Counted from the first letter of the whole stretch, positions 1 to 12,099 are shown. The stretch: DNA of 63,698 bases, filler included, from Octopus bimaculoides (GCF_001194135.2; 6 parts of 5 records of this genome joined end to end with filler, not necessarily neighbours in it); one strand, 5' to 3'. The notes: generated from the letters alone by a model not told the origin. Made by a program: numbers and translations.

Positions 1-363
1 GCGTATTTAATCTCCATACCTTCGTTTTATTTGCTTTTTTCATTTTAAATTTGCTTTAACCCTAACTCTAACCCTAACCCTAACCCTAGGGTTAGGGTTA
101 GGGTTAGGGTTAGGGTTAGGGTTAATTGTTTCAGAATCGTTTGTTTATGTAGTCGGCACTTAATGTATATCGGCTGAATGGACGTCAGTGATTGGTTGAA
201 ATTACAGAAATACGACAACTTTAACATGGAATAACTTATGGATTTCTTTTTTTTTAAAGAAGACTAAGAGAAAAAGATGTTTTATATGACACATTCTACC
301 AGTGTTCCAAGTTTCAAAGTGTTTCGTTAATGAAAAATGTGGCCCCCGTTTTAAAAAAGATCC
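1..363. mobile_element. Probable non-autonomous DNA transposon fragment (terminus ...aaagatcc) containing telomeric repeats
   Basis: Ends in ...ggcccccgttttaaaaaagatcc. Its reverse complement starts GGATCT, like the TIRs of the 14551-15728 element, and the subterminal motif is similar (gtgttccaagtttcaaagt vs gtgccaaattttaaaatt). The other end is outside the window. Confidence 0.4.
56..125. repeat. Interstitial telomeric-repeat palindrome (CCCTAA)4-CCCTAGGG-(TTAGGG)5
   Basis: Read directly. Centre of symmetry lies between 87 and 88; one variant unit ctctaa. Confidence 0.95.
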
Positions 364-511
364 GAATATCCTGCTACAACTGAAATAAGTATTATTAGCA
401 AATACATTTTAGATCGTTTTTTAAGTAAGGTAGATAATGAATTAAATTTATGGATTTGGAAAAATAGCAAGTCAGTGATAGATTAGTTTCAGGGATTAGC
501 CATAAGCATAA

Positions 512-624
512 CTACTCCGCATTTCGAAGGTAAGGACGATATGCGACTTCGTTGAAACAGTCCTTCCCGCAAAGCAAATTAAATAAAATTTGGGATTTTT
601 TGCGGAGGGTGAAAGTGGTGAAAC
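512..624 (+). repeat. Interspersed repeat, homologous to 35842-35950
   Basis: ctactccgc...cttcgtt(g/a)aaacagtc(c/t)ttcccgcaaa(g/a)caaattaaataaaatttgggatt is shared by both loci. Confidence 0.75.
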
Positions 625-808
625 TCAGGCGTATCGCTGTCCCTCTGTGTGTGCCTCTCTCTTTTTAGATGTGTGTGTGTGAGTGAGTGTGTGTATGAGT
701 GTGTGTGTCAATCGTCACAAAAATCTATGTATATTCATACACATACATCGTCTCATGCATTCACACACATATACTTCTCAGTCATCGGTCTAAAGTACGT
801 ACGAACGC

Positions 809-873
<65 letters not shown>

Positions 874-1364
874 NNNNNNNNNNNNNNNNNNNNNNNNNNN
901 NNNNNNNNNNNNNNNNNNNNNNNNNNNNNNNNNNNNNNNNNNNNNNNNNNNNNNNNNNNNNNNNNNNNNNNNNNNNNNNNNNNNNNNNNNNNNNNNNNNN
1001 NNNNNNNNNNNNNNNNNNNNNNNNNNNNNNNNNNNNNNNNNNNNNNNNNNNNNNNNNNNNNNNNNNNNNNNNNNNNNNNNNNNNNNNNNNNNNNNNNNNN
1101 NNNNNNNNNNNNNNNNNNNNNNNNNNNNNNNNNNNNNNNNNNNNNNNNNNNNNNNNNNNNNNNNNNNNNNNNNNNNNNNNNNNNNNNNNNNNNNNNNNNN
1201 NNNNNNNNNNNNNNNNNNNNNNNNNNNNNNNNNNNNNNNNNNNNNNNNNNNNNNNNNNNNNNNNNNNNNNNNNNNNNNNNNNNNNNNNNNNNNNNNNNNN
1301 NNNNNNNNNNNNNNNNNNNNNNNNNNNNNNNNNNNNNNNNNNNNNNNNNNNNNNNNNNNNNNNN

Positions 1365-1405
<41 letters not shown>

Positions 1406-2148
1406 TTAACTAACTATATAATACGCGGTATGTCATGAATGTATATTTAATACACTACTGTATTTGCGTATAGTCTTATTTCCACAATTGATTATTCTAC
1501 TTCGTATATCCTACTATACTACGTTATTATCGTTTATATTCAATTTACTGAGAGATATCATGTTTTCACCTTTATCCTGTCTATTTATTACATTTCTCGC
1601 CTGTATTTCTTGCTTTAAGTAGAACAAAAAAAACCCCGGTAATTTGAAATTACAGATTCAAAATTCAGAAGGCCAAGGTGTGTTAGTGCCTCCTCGTGTC
1701 TATACAAGAAATTTTGTTCTTCAGGAACTTTTGCAGTGAATGTGAATAATAATGCTTATTATATATATTTGTAGCCTTTACAGAGAATGTGTCAAATATG
1801 TTGTAAGTTTACTGCTTTTGCATAAGCTAAACCTGCTCTCCTTTGGAAACCTTTTGAACATGCATGTGATATAAGATCATGTGCTCATATGTAAATATGC
1901 ATATATTTTGGTAGTTTTGAATATATATATACAGTATTTGTGAAATAAGGCGGATCATTTATTGTGGAAAATAATTATGTAGAATGAGTGATTCTTTGAC
2001 TACAACATGTACAAAAGTAATGAAGCCTATGTAATATTGGGTGAGTGATAAATATAGTTTTCTTATGCAACAATAACATATGTAAACAAACTTTTATTTT
2101 GTTTTTAAAAGGGTCGAATGTGTATCATATTGTACAGATAAGAAAGCA

Positions 2149-2313
2149 ATATTTCGAACGCAGTATAGTCTTGAAAACAGCGGAAAGATTAGACAGAAAC
2201 AAGTGGTCAACGAACAGTCCCGTGGCTGTTTGTTAACAACATTTTTCCATCTAATAAGGGCGATAATACCCACTCTTTCTGATGTTTTCACGGTTATACT
2301 GCGTTCGAAATAT
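2149..2313. mobile_element. MITE-like element with ~40-bp imperfect terminal inverted repeats
   Basis: atatttcgaacgcagtatagtcttgaaaacagcggaaaga (2149-2188) vs the reverse complement of 2274-2313; TA dinucleotides lie at both outer ends. Confidence 0.6.
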
Positions 2314-2709
2314 CGCCTCATACATATTCAGACAAATATATGTTCGCGCGCGCGCACGCTGTTTTGTATCATACAAATTGCACTAACAGAATTTTTCAAA
2401 AAATTAAGTTATGGTTGTTGTTGCTGTTGTTATTGTTGTTATTGTTGTTTTTGTTGTCGTTGCTGCCGCTGCTGGTACTGTTACACTGTACAATACCCGC
2501 GAATGTTTGCAGGTAGCTATTTGATAGAATTTAAGCAAATATAATCTTAACAGCAGCAATAGCACACGTTACAAAAAAAAACCAGAAACCTTCATGCTAT
2601 GTTGAAATCGAATGATAAATGTTAGGTGACTGAATCAGTCTTAAGCACTGGAATCAAAGGTGGTCTAAAGTTCTCCTTGCATGCATAATAAACAAACTCA
2701 ACAAATAAA

Positions 2710-2749
<40 letters not shown>

Positions 2750-4519
2750 TTTCTCTCTCACACAGACATAACGAGAAAGGGAGAGAGAGAGAGGGGGGGG
2801 AGAGGTGGGAGGGAGGGAGAGAGAGTGGTTGTGGAAGCTTGATAAGATTAAGTTTAATCAATGAGTAATTATTTATTTACGGAAAAATTCATTATTTACG
2901 ATTACTTCTTCCAACCTCACTCTTCCACTGGTGTTCACCCCACCCCATAGAAACCATCCTTCTTGTGAGTCTTTCTCTTTAGTTACCTGCCGAATTTCGA
3001 CCCATGGGTAGCATTTAACAAAGCCAGTTGAGTGTGTTGCGTTTTACTCGCTCCGTCATACAGCACTTTGATTAGCCAGAGTCAGTGATAGGGAATTAAG
3101 ATAACTGCTTTGTCTGTTAAAAACCAGTACCTTTATTGCTCCTCCATTTTCCTCACGGGAAACAGTGACAAACTTCGAAATTAAAATATTCGAACTCTTG
3201 TTGGCATTTTGTTCAGCTTTATAAATATTCATGTTAACATGAGCTTTATTTGAATTTTTAGCTTTGTTTAATTAAGACAATAGTTTCAGATATAAAAAAA
3301 GTGGAGGAGCCAGCTGTTAAATGATGAGATCTAATGTCGATATTCAGTGAGAGCGAACATTAGTAAATGTCAACCATAGAAGTTCATTAATTGTTCTGTT
3401 ACTAGTAATAGCAAATCTACCCATCTATAATGGAGGCATAAAATGAGGGAGAGAAGTCATAACAACAGTATGTATTGAGCAATGTGTAAATGAACTTGAC
3501 AGATTACTGGGTGATGTCTTAGAGAAATCACATTATTGTTGGTGATAATATTAATATGATTACAAAACTTCTTTGTAGACGATATTTTCTGTTTGGTCGA
3601 CACTAATTTTCAAATATGTCAGTCTGAAATTTTTCTCATCCATTCAAATACAGAACTCCAAAGTGAACGTTCACCGAGGGTGATGAACTGTACCGCTACA
3701 TAGTAATCTATATTTGCATACAGGGACAATTAATATATCAACAAACTGTCTCATGGGGCGCCTTAATAGAGTTACCCAACTTATTCAAAACAGTAGCCAA
3801 ATCACCCTCGTATCACAATTTACTGTCTTAAAAGGGAAAAACGCATAAAATGATGTAGACCTGGATACATTGTGGATGAGAAAGACGGTAAGGTCATTCC
3901 TAGAAGTGAAGTTACCATCAGAGATTGCAAGAAACATCATTTATGCTGACATCGAGTGTTTTAAATCTGTGTTGTTCATGATTAGAGAGAGAGTAAGGAA
4001 CAGCACTATATTTTTGTGTCGTTGAAAGATCATCAACTTTACTGAATATGATCGTAAACTCCAGGTTAGCTTTGATTAGACCTTTATTCTCAAGATATTT
4101 GAGGGAGATTTGGCTGATGTTTCTAGCAGGCCGAGCGATCATTTAGGGATTGCCTCGTTAGCTTGAAGTGTGTTTCCACGATCTGTTTGCAGAATCAGTA
4201 TACTTTGGCATGAAGTAGCTAAGTAGCTTATACATGACATTTGTAAGCAGAAGGCCATGAAAGCTGTTATTACTGGCATCGTTAGCTACAACAGCATATA
4301 AGTTATAATAGTAATAGCCAATGGCAACAGAAAACTTTTGACCCGTTTTATGAAAGAACACAATAGATAATGTAGTCTTGGGTACATTTTGCAAGAAAAA
4401 CAGACAAAATAGTGAAGTTTGGAATGATGTTTAAACAATGAAAAATTAACACAACAACCATGTCATCAAAACTACCATCACCAGCATCATTCCATGAAGC
4501 CACTTCAAACACTTCAGTC

Positions 4520-4655
4520 ATACCACCACCAGCACCACCACCACCACCGCCGCCGCCGTCACCACCACCACCACCACCACCACTACCACTACTACCACCA
4601 CCATCACCGCCACCACCACCACCACCACCGCAGACGCCACCACCACCGCCGCCGC
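4520..4655. repeat. (CCA/CCG)n trinucleotide repeat
   Basis: Read directly; explains the poly-Pro and poly-His ORFs. Confidence 0.9.
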
Positions 4656-5422
4656 AATATGATATCTCAGGGAAGAAAAAAAAATTTGTAAGAAACAGAC
4701 AATATTAAATTTGTTCTACAATTCTCCGATAAATAACTGACAAAGAACAATAATAGAAGCATATATAAAAAAAATAAATGTACACCTATCACTAATGGCT
4801 ACAATCGTATCACTGTAATTGGTTCCATTTACTGCTGAGATCGAAGAACAAGCAACAACTCAGCAATGAGATCAAGAAAAGGAGTCAGCCGACAGCGACA
4901 TTTATGTCTTTTAAGTAGGCGACGTGTTACTGTAATATTGTCATTATATCACCTTCATCGCCATTGTCGTCATCATCGTCATCACCACATATATCATCAT
5001 TATCACCGGCTGCAGTACCATCGCCACCATCATCAAGAAAAATACCACCAAGACGATGTAAACAGTCACCGTCACCGCCGAGTCCTTCCGCTACAAACAA
5101 AGACAACACCAAAAATATCAATAAATACATACGTCTATGAGGCTAAAAAGAGCGGCTACTTCGATAACTTAGCTGTTACTGATCAATGCTTGTTCGCAGT
5201 AGAGCGCAGGATCTTATCACATTGAGTAATAGACAAAAGTACAAGACTTGCATATTTCGCCAAATGTCAACTTGAAAAGAAAAAAAAAAATGAATATAAG
5301 ATAGAAATGTACATTAGAGTGACTTATATTTATCTTTTTATAAAATAAATGAAATAAACACATAAATACGTATAATTATATATTAAAGTATATTTACATG
5401 TGTTTGTGTATGTGTGTGTGTG

Positions 5423-5649
5423 TTATTTCTTTACTACCCACAAGGGGCTACACACAGAGGGGACAAACAAGGACAGACAAACGGATTAAGTCGATTATAT
5501 CGACCCCAGTGCGTAACTGGTACTTATTTAATCGACCCCGAAAGGATGAAAGGCAAAGTCGACCTCGGCGGAAATTGAACTCAGAACGTAGCGGCAGACG
5601 AAATACCGCTAAGCATTTCGCCCGGTGTGCTAACGTTTCTGCCAGCTCG

Positions 5650-5652
<3 letters not shown>
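5423..5652 (-). mobile_element. tRNA-derived SINE, family B, full length
   Basis: Minus-strand head ggcgagctggcagaaacgttagc...gagttcaatttccgcc (B-box-like), core gaggtcgactttgcctttcatcctttcggggtcga; at least 10 homologous copies in the window. Confidence 0.85.
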
Positions 5653-5712
<60 letters not shown>

Positions 5713-5979
5713 NNNNNNNNNNNNNNNNNNNNNNNNNNNNNNNNNNNNNNNNNNNNNNNNNNNNNNNNNNNNNNNNNNNNNNNNNNNNNNNNNNNNNNNN
5801 NNNNNNNNNNNNNNNNNNNNNNNNNNNNNNNNNNNNNNNNNNNNNNNNNNNNNNNNNNNNNNNNNNNNNNNNNNNNNNNNNNNNNNNNNNNNNNNNNNNN
5901 NNNNNNNNNNNNNNNNNNNNNNNNNNNNNNNNNNNNNNNNNNNNNNNNNNNNNNNNNNNNNNNNNNNNNNNNNNNNNNN

Positions 5980-6013
<34 letters not shown>

Positions 6014-6269
6014 CTGTATGTCTGTCTGTGTTTATGTCATTATTCAGTTTTATTTCAGGATTTATTGTCAGTAGAGGAAGAGTCGGTTTCTAACCTAGAT
6101 CGAAGGATCCTTCACTGGAATTTCAACAACAACAAAAACAACAGGGTGCTTTTGCATGTATGCGTGTATATATGCAGTATTTGGAGTCAGTGTATGTGCC
6201 GATCTGTATGTTTCCGTTTTATGTATGTATACTCATGCATATAATTGCACATCTAGACATACACATGTA

Positions 6270-6700
6270 TACTAAAACGATAAACGTCTGGAAAGACTTA
6301 CAAATTTTTACAGTTCCTGTGATGGCTTTGATCTGTAGTCTTAGAATCAGCCTTCGCCTTTCTGGTTTTGAGAAGCCTAATTTCTCAAGATCAGTACTTA
6401 GGCAGTGTGTTACATATCCCAGTGCCTCAAATAATTAGATTTTCCCCCAATAATTACAGGTAATAATTACCTGAACTTGTAATCTGGGTAGAGTGACTGT
6501 AGATCTCTCAACAGTATGTATGTATGTATGTATGTATGTATGCTTTTTCTTTGAGTCCTATTTGAATTCTTGAGAGAGTTCAAACTGGTCGCTAAAAATG
6601 TGACAAGACTTTTTGAGTTAAGAGAGTACCTGCTGTTTGTAAGAGAGTAATATGTGGTTGAGTCGGTGTGTTGGTTGAAATTTCGATGCATACAACCAAG
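6270..6700 (-). mobile_element. 3' fragment of an RLE-type (R4/Dong-like) non-LTR retrotransposon
   Basis: Minus translation LLRDLQSLYPDYKFR*LLPVIIG / EALGYVTHCLSTDLEKLGFSKPERRRLILRLQIKAITGTVKICKSF resembles the C-terminal PVIIGALG region of restriction-like endonucleases; interrupted by (TATG)n. Confidence 0.55.
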
Positions 6701-6899
6701 GAAAGAAGGATGGATGGATGGGTTTTGGATAGATGGGTGGATGGATGGATGGGTGGATGGATGGGTGGATGGATGGGTGGGTAGATGGATGGACACGCAA
6801 ACTTACAATGAAGTTATTACAGTTTGAAAGTGAAAGTTGAAGAGAATACTAAAATAAAGTATAGAGTATATTGTTTATTTAAACTGAAACCAATCCCGT

Positions 6900-7170
6900 G
6901 TATTGCGAAGTGACCTGGTGAGGCACAGCCATACTTGGGCAGAAGACAATAACAAAATATCTCATAAACATACAGGATAATGAAGTCCTTAAAACCCCAA
7001 GATGTAACCGCATGTGTCGATTATGTTACTCTTTTGTGAAGGACATAACATGCAATCAGTAACTGTCCAAAAATGTCATCGAGGTACTATTAATACATCC
7101 TAATGCGATATGATATTGTTACTTAAAGAATATAAAACGCCTCCCGCAGAAAACACTGCCCTAGGATAAA
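6900..7170 (+). mobile_element. R4/Dong-like CCHC zinc-finger fragment
   Basis: Translates to TTKYLINIQD...RCNRMCRLCYSFVKDIT, with downstream similarity to the CRLCG...EDITHIISRCSKMSMRYY segment of the 52560-53720 element. Confidence 0.55.
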
Positions 7171-7214
7171 TATAAACAAATCTCTGCTATGGATAATACA
7201 TCAGCAGAAGGAAT

Positions 7215-7430
7215 ACTGGTTTCAAATTTTGGTACACGGCTAGCAAGTTCAGAGGAGGGTGTAAGCCGATAACATCAAGCCCAGAGTTCAACCTGTTCTT
7301 ATTTTATGACACCGAAAGGATAAAGAAAAAAAATCGAATCTGCGGAATTTGAACTCACGTCGTAAAGACGGTCAAAATGCAGCTAAGCATTTTGGCCAAC
7401 GTGCTAACGATTCTGCCAGCTCGCCGCCTT
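7215..7430 (-). mobile_element. tRNA-derived SINE, family B, diverged
   Basis: Shares ggaatttgaactc...gctaacgattctgccagctcgccgcc with other copies. Confidence 0.75.
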
Positions 7431-7589
7431 AGAGCATAAAGAATATAGTGGAACATTACCATCAAAACTTCTATCTAGTGCAAAAATAACAAATCTAACC
7501 TGTTATTTTTCCCTAATTTGCTTTCAAACGGAAGGAAAACAAACCACCGACGGTTCCAAAATGCACACACACACGTATATATATATATA

Positions 7590-7620
<31 letters not shown>

Positions 7621-7814
7621 ATGTCTGTCTGTTATGTGCGCACGCGCGCATATGTGTATGTATTTTTCTCTCCTTTTTTTTTCTCTCCTAATTCCTTTCA
7701 GTAGAAGAGCGTAGGCTAGAAACGTCAAAGACTCTCCCATTTTTTATGAGCGTCAAACTAATACACTATGTTTGTTTTCCCTCACCTGTCTCTGTCTTTT
7801 GTTATTTGGTATAA

Positions 7815-7921
7815 TTTTGAACCAAACATACATATATATTCTTTTGAACCAAACATACATATATATTCTTTTGAACCAAACACACATATATATTCTTGAA
7901 CCAAACGTACATATATATTCA
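7815..7921. repeat. 27-bp tandem repeat x4 (ttttgaaccaaacatacatatatattc)
   Basis: Read directly; gives the repeated ILLNQTYIY in the ORF track. Confidence 0.9.
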
Positions 7922-8160
7922 TGTATTTATGTGAGTTTATGTTTGTTTGTGAATGTGTGTAATGTAAAGTTCTCATAGTACTCGTTCTGGAGTTAATGTA
8001 TTATATATTAACAAAACAAATAAATACATTTATATATTCAAATATATACACATAAGTGACTTCAAATAAATACATATGTACATATATGTACATGTATATA
8101 TAAATGCACCTAAATGTATATTTTCTTACATAAGTCTCTCTAATTATACACACACATACA

Positions 8161-8230
<70 letters not shown>

Positions 8231-8330
8231 NNNNNNNNNNNNNNNNNNNNNNNNNNNNNNNNNNNNNNNNNNNNTTAATTAATTAANNNNNNNNNNNNNN
8301 NNNNNNNNNNNNNNNNNNNNNNNNNNNNNN
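8231..8330. other. Assembly linker 44N-TTAATTAATTAA-44N
   Basis: Identical 100-bp construct at five positions. Confidence 0.95.
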
Positions 8331-8409
8331 ATATATATATATATATATATATATACATACATACACACACACACACCCATATGTATATACACACACATAC
8401 ATACTTATA

Positions 8410-8845
8410 AATAAACCAGGAAGACGTGGGACAAAGTGGTGAGAAAGGAACTTCAGCTGTTTGGCCTCACTGGGGACTGAGACTACTGGCAGTTTGCAGT
8501 GCTTGAGAAAACACATCAAGCTAAGTAAAATCATTGCTGTCCTTGCATACAAGCATGTCTCTTACATCCCTTTTCATCTGAGTGATCCTAATCTTGAGGG
8601 CTCGTGGGTGCTGGTTCCATGTAAAAAGCGTCCATGCTGGTGCCATGTAAGGGCACCTGCACTAGTGCTGCGTAAAAGCATCCAGTACACCCTATAAAAT
8701 GGTTGGCATTAGGAAGGGCATCCAGCCATAGAAACCATGTCAAAACAGTCATGGAACCTGGGCAGCTCTTCATTTGGTCAGCTCCCCTCAAAACTGTCCA
8801 ACCCATGCTAGCATAGAAAGCAGATGTTTACTGATTATGATGGTG
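8410..8845 (+). mobile_element. RTE-clade LINE 3' end and tail
   Basis: PGRRGTKW-like end matching agacccaggaagacctgggac at 23520; tail gcattaggaagggcatccagc...aacccatgctagcat...tgatgg is shared with 23940-24120, 28490-28780 and 35240-35418. Confidence 0.7.
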
Positions 8846-8912
8846 ATTATATGTATATATATATATATCACCACCTGTCCTCATCTGTTGTTGTTTTTTT
8901 CCGTAAATTCTC

Positions 8913-8959
<47 letters not shown>

Positions 8960-8984
8960 CATATACATACATAAATATATTAAT

Positions 8985-9152
8985 CGAAAGGTATTTCATC
9001 TGTCTTTGCGTTCTGAGTTCAAATTCCACCCAAGTTGACTTTGCCTTTCATTCTTTTGGGGTCAATAAATTAAGTACCAGTTGTATACTGGGTCGATCTA
9101 ATCAACTGGACCCCTCCTCCAAAATTTCAGGCCTTGTACCTAGAGTAGAAAA
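8985..9152 (+). mobile_element. tRNA-derived SINE, family B (CpG-decayed)
   Basis: ttctgagttcaaattccacccaagttgactttgcctttcattc... Confidence 0.8.
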
Positions 9153-9399
9153 GTATATATATATTAATCAAAGTGTATGGTATTATATATCCATTACAGC
9201 CAATCTTATCTATCGGTTTCACACTAGGGTCTCTATGGAATGTTAAGTAACAGTCTGATTATGTAACCTTGTGCTTTTCAGAGGTAGCTTCTGTGGAATG
9301 AAATATGGCGACTGCTCTCTATCATTGGAGTATTGGTAAATAGACACATCCAGTTTGTGATTGCTGAGGAAAAGATGATGAAACGAAATGAGCAGGGGT

Positions 9400-10960
9400 T
9401 AAGTTAAGAGTCATGACCCTTGGTATCAGAAACATCATCGTTGCAGGTGGTTTTGTTGCAAGTCAGTGAGAGTTTTCTGGAAAAGAGTTTACAGGAAATG
9501 CATGTATTTTTAAGGTTGGTGTTCCTGTGGAAATGGAATGTGTATAGTAGTACTATATATATAGCCTTTTCAGTGGGGCCATACACATCTGTGTTCATTA
9601 GTGTTTACTTTCTTTTATGTTTTGGTTAAATTCTTGGGGAATTTATGTATGCATGAGGTGTGTGTAAGGGTACAATATGTGCAGGAGCTTATGTTGGGGA
9701 TGCTGGAAAAAAGTCTATTGGGTGAATGTCTGCTGTGCTAGGTCATGTGTGTTTGTGAATATATTTGTGTATGTTCTGGTCAAACCCTTTGTCAGACTCC
9801 CAGGTATTAGTAGAGGGCCGAAGTTGGGGAACTGATGATTATAGTCATGATGGGGCATGCAGGTATGATAGGATGTACCTCCTTTCATGTGGGCAAGGAT
9901 TAAAAACTTCACTTTTGCTGTTCAGGTAGATGCCTGGATGCTTTAAAATCGCTCTTTTCTCAGCCAGGCATAATCAGCACTTCCTCCTACTATTGAAGTA
10001 TGCTTTACATTTCTCTAGAATCTTCCACTTGATGTTGTACTCGTTGGTACTTACTTTCAACAACCATACATGCTTGGCCAGGGTTGTGGCATTACATCTC
10101 TCCTGGATGTTAAAAGAGGACTTGTGGTTGTTATAGCAGGTGCTGAAGGGGCCTTCAGTTGCTCCTCTGTACTTTCACACATTTGGTTGCACATTTGGGT
10201 CCTATTGCTGTTACCTCTGCCTCATATACTCATATATGATGGTCTCTGTAGTACAGTGGCCATTCAGTGGATATGTTGTGTTACACCTACATGAGCATTC
10301 CGCCTGTCTCAGGTGTAGGCCTACCTACTAAAATCTTTTTTTATGTTGGGTGCATAGCTAAAGGAAATTCTCAGGGTGTGTCTATCAAATATTTTGCTGA
10401 ATCTATTTGTATGGGGGAAGTGCTTGTCTACTAAGCTAAGGAAAATCTTACCTACTCAGAGAGAAGGGCAATGTGAGCCAAAACACTTTCCGGTGGTGCT
10501 TTCTCTTAGAGGGGTTAAGGTCTGGAATGTAAATAATTCTATCCTTGAAACTGCTGGTAGCCAGAACTGCAATATAGTATGGAGTGGCAGCATCAAAAAT
10601 CTCTTTTCTTGAAGATAGGTTGGAGATTCGTTTGCTAAAGCTCTTTTCAGATTTTCAGGCCATATTTGCATTTTAGGAAATTTCTGATGGCCTTTTGGGA
10701 ACCACCAGAAGTATGATGGCTAACAGGAGAGGGATATAATCCCCTATTGTTTACCCTTATAGCTGATCGATGGCAGCATGGCTGGAAGTCAATAGCCATT
10801 AGCAAAGAGAGATAGTCCAGACTTTTCCCCTCCGTATTTTAAATGGGTAATAGGCCAACAGGTCTTGGGGTCTGAAGATATGCCATAAAGTTATACCCTT
10901 TATGGATGGGAAACCCAGGGTAACCCCATAAACTGGCCTTCACCAGGAAAAAATATAGAT
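9400..10960 (-). mobile_element. Penelope-like element: degenerate RT C-terminus + GIY-YIG endonuclease + 3' region
   Basis: Minus-strand segments RISNLSSRKEIFDAATPYY, RKVFWLTLPF, LVDKHFPHTNRFSKIFDRHTLRISFSYAPNIKK, YNNHKSSF...NATTLAKHVWLLK...YNIKWKILEKCKAY...LCLAEKRAILK...LNSKSEVFNPCPHE match the PLE linker/GIY-YIG pattern; many stops and frameshifts. Confidence 0.8.
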
Positions 10961-11014
10961 TGCTCTACTTCTTAGAGTGTGCTTCTTCTCTGGAGTTATG
11001 TTTTTCTAAAAACG

Positions 11015-11047
<33 letters not shown>

Positions 11048-11897
11048 TACATATATTATATATATGCATATATTATATACACACAGACACATATGCAAGC
11101 ACATACACATAAAGAATCATTCACATACATATCCATACATCCATGCGTATATATGTGTGCATACACGTGTGTGTATGTGTATGGGTGTGCATGTATATAT
11201 GTATGCACGAGTATGTGTATGTGTGTTTGAGCATACTTGTATTCAGTACTCTGTGGCATTAGAAGTGGCACGAACACTTTCAGTCTAGTATCCATGGCAA
11301 CCTTAACAACATTTACCGGAAAATTAGTGTTGAACCAGAATATCATAGTAAAATATATGAAAGCATTTTCTCAGAAAAGTTTAGGTGGGGTTATCTAATT
11401 GCAGAATATGAGTCAAGGAAGAGTTGAAACGTTTTTCTCTAGGTACAATTTGTTTGCATAATAGAAATAGAAACAATAGTGTTTTTATTAAGTTTCATGT
11501 AAAATTGCCTACATATACACTTGTTGTTAAGTACTTTGGTAGACAAAAAAAACAATGGTGAAAACAAAAAGAGGATAGTGGGTAAGAGAAATTAAAATAA
11601 TTATCATGAGTGTACATCTACATTATATTTGACAGAACAATTAGAAAACACTAGGACACATAGGAATGTGTGTGTATGTGTGTGTGTGTATGCGTGTGTG
11701 CATGTGTGTGAGTGTTTATCTATCTTTCTGTTTGCTTGTCTGTATATCTTTTTCTTTATATTTATATCTATATCTATATATATAGTCATAACTATATCTA
11801 TCTATACCCAGAACTATGAGGTAGTTGTCCCCCAGAACGCTCTACTGCAGCAAACCAGTGAACAAGCAAAACGTACATTGAGTATGTGTGATTGATA

Positions 11898-11975
<78 letters not shown>

Positions 11976-12099
11976 NNNNNNNNNNNNNNNNNNNNNNNNN
12001 NNNNNNNNNNNNNNNNNNNNNNNNNNNNNNNNNNNNNNNNNNNNNNNNNNNNNNNNNNNNNNNNNNNNNNNNNNNNNNNNNNNNNNNNNNNNNNNNNNN

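Noticed and set aside
518-545. Apparent compensatory base change in a hairpin between the 512 and 35842 repeat copies
   Set aside because: Both changes are at CpG sites and are equally explained by deamination.
4460-4708. Poly-proline ORF resembling a formin/WASP region
   Set aside because: It is a (CCA)n microsatellite with no flanking domain, and similar repeats are common in this window.
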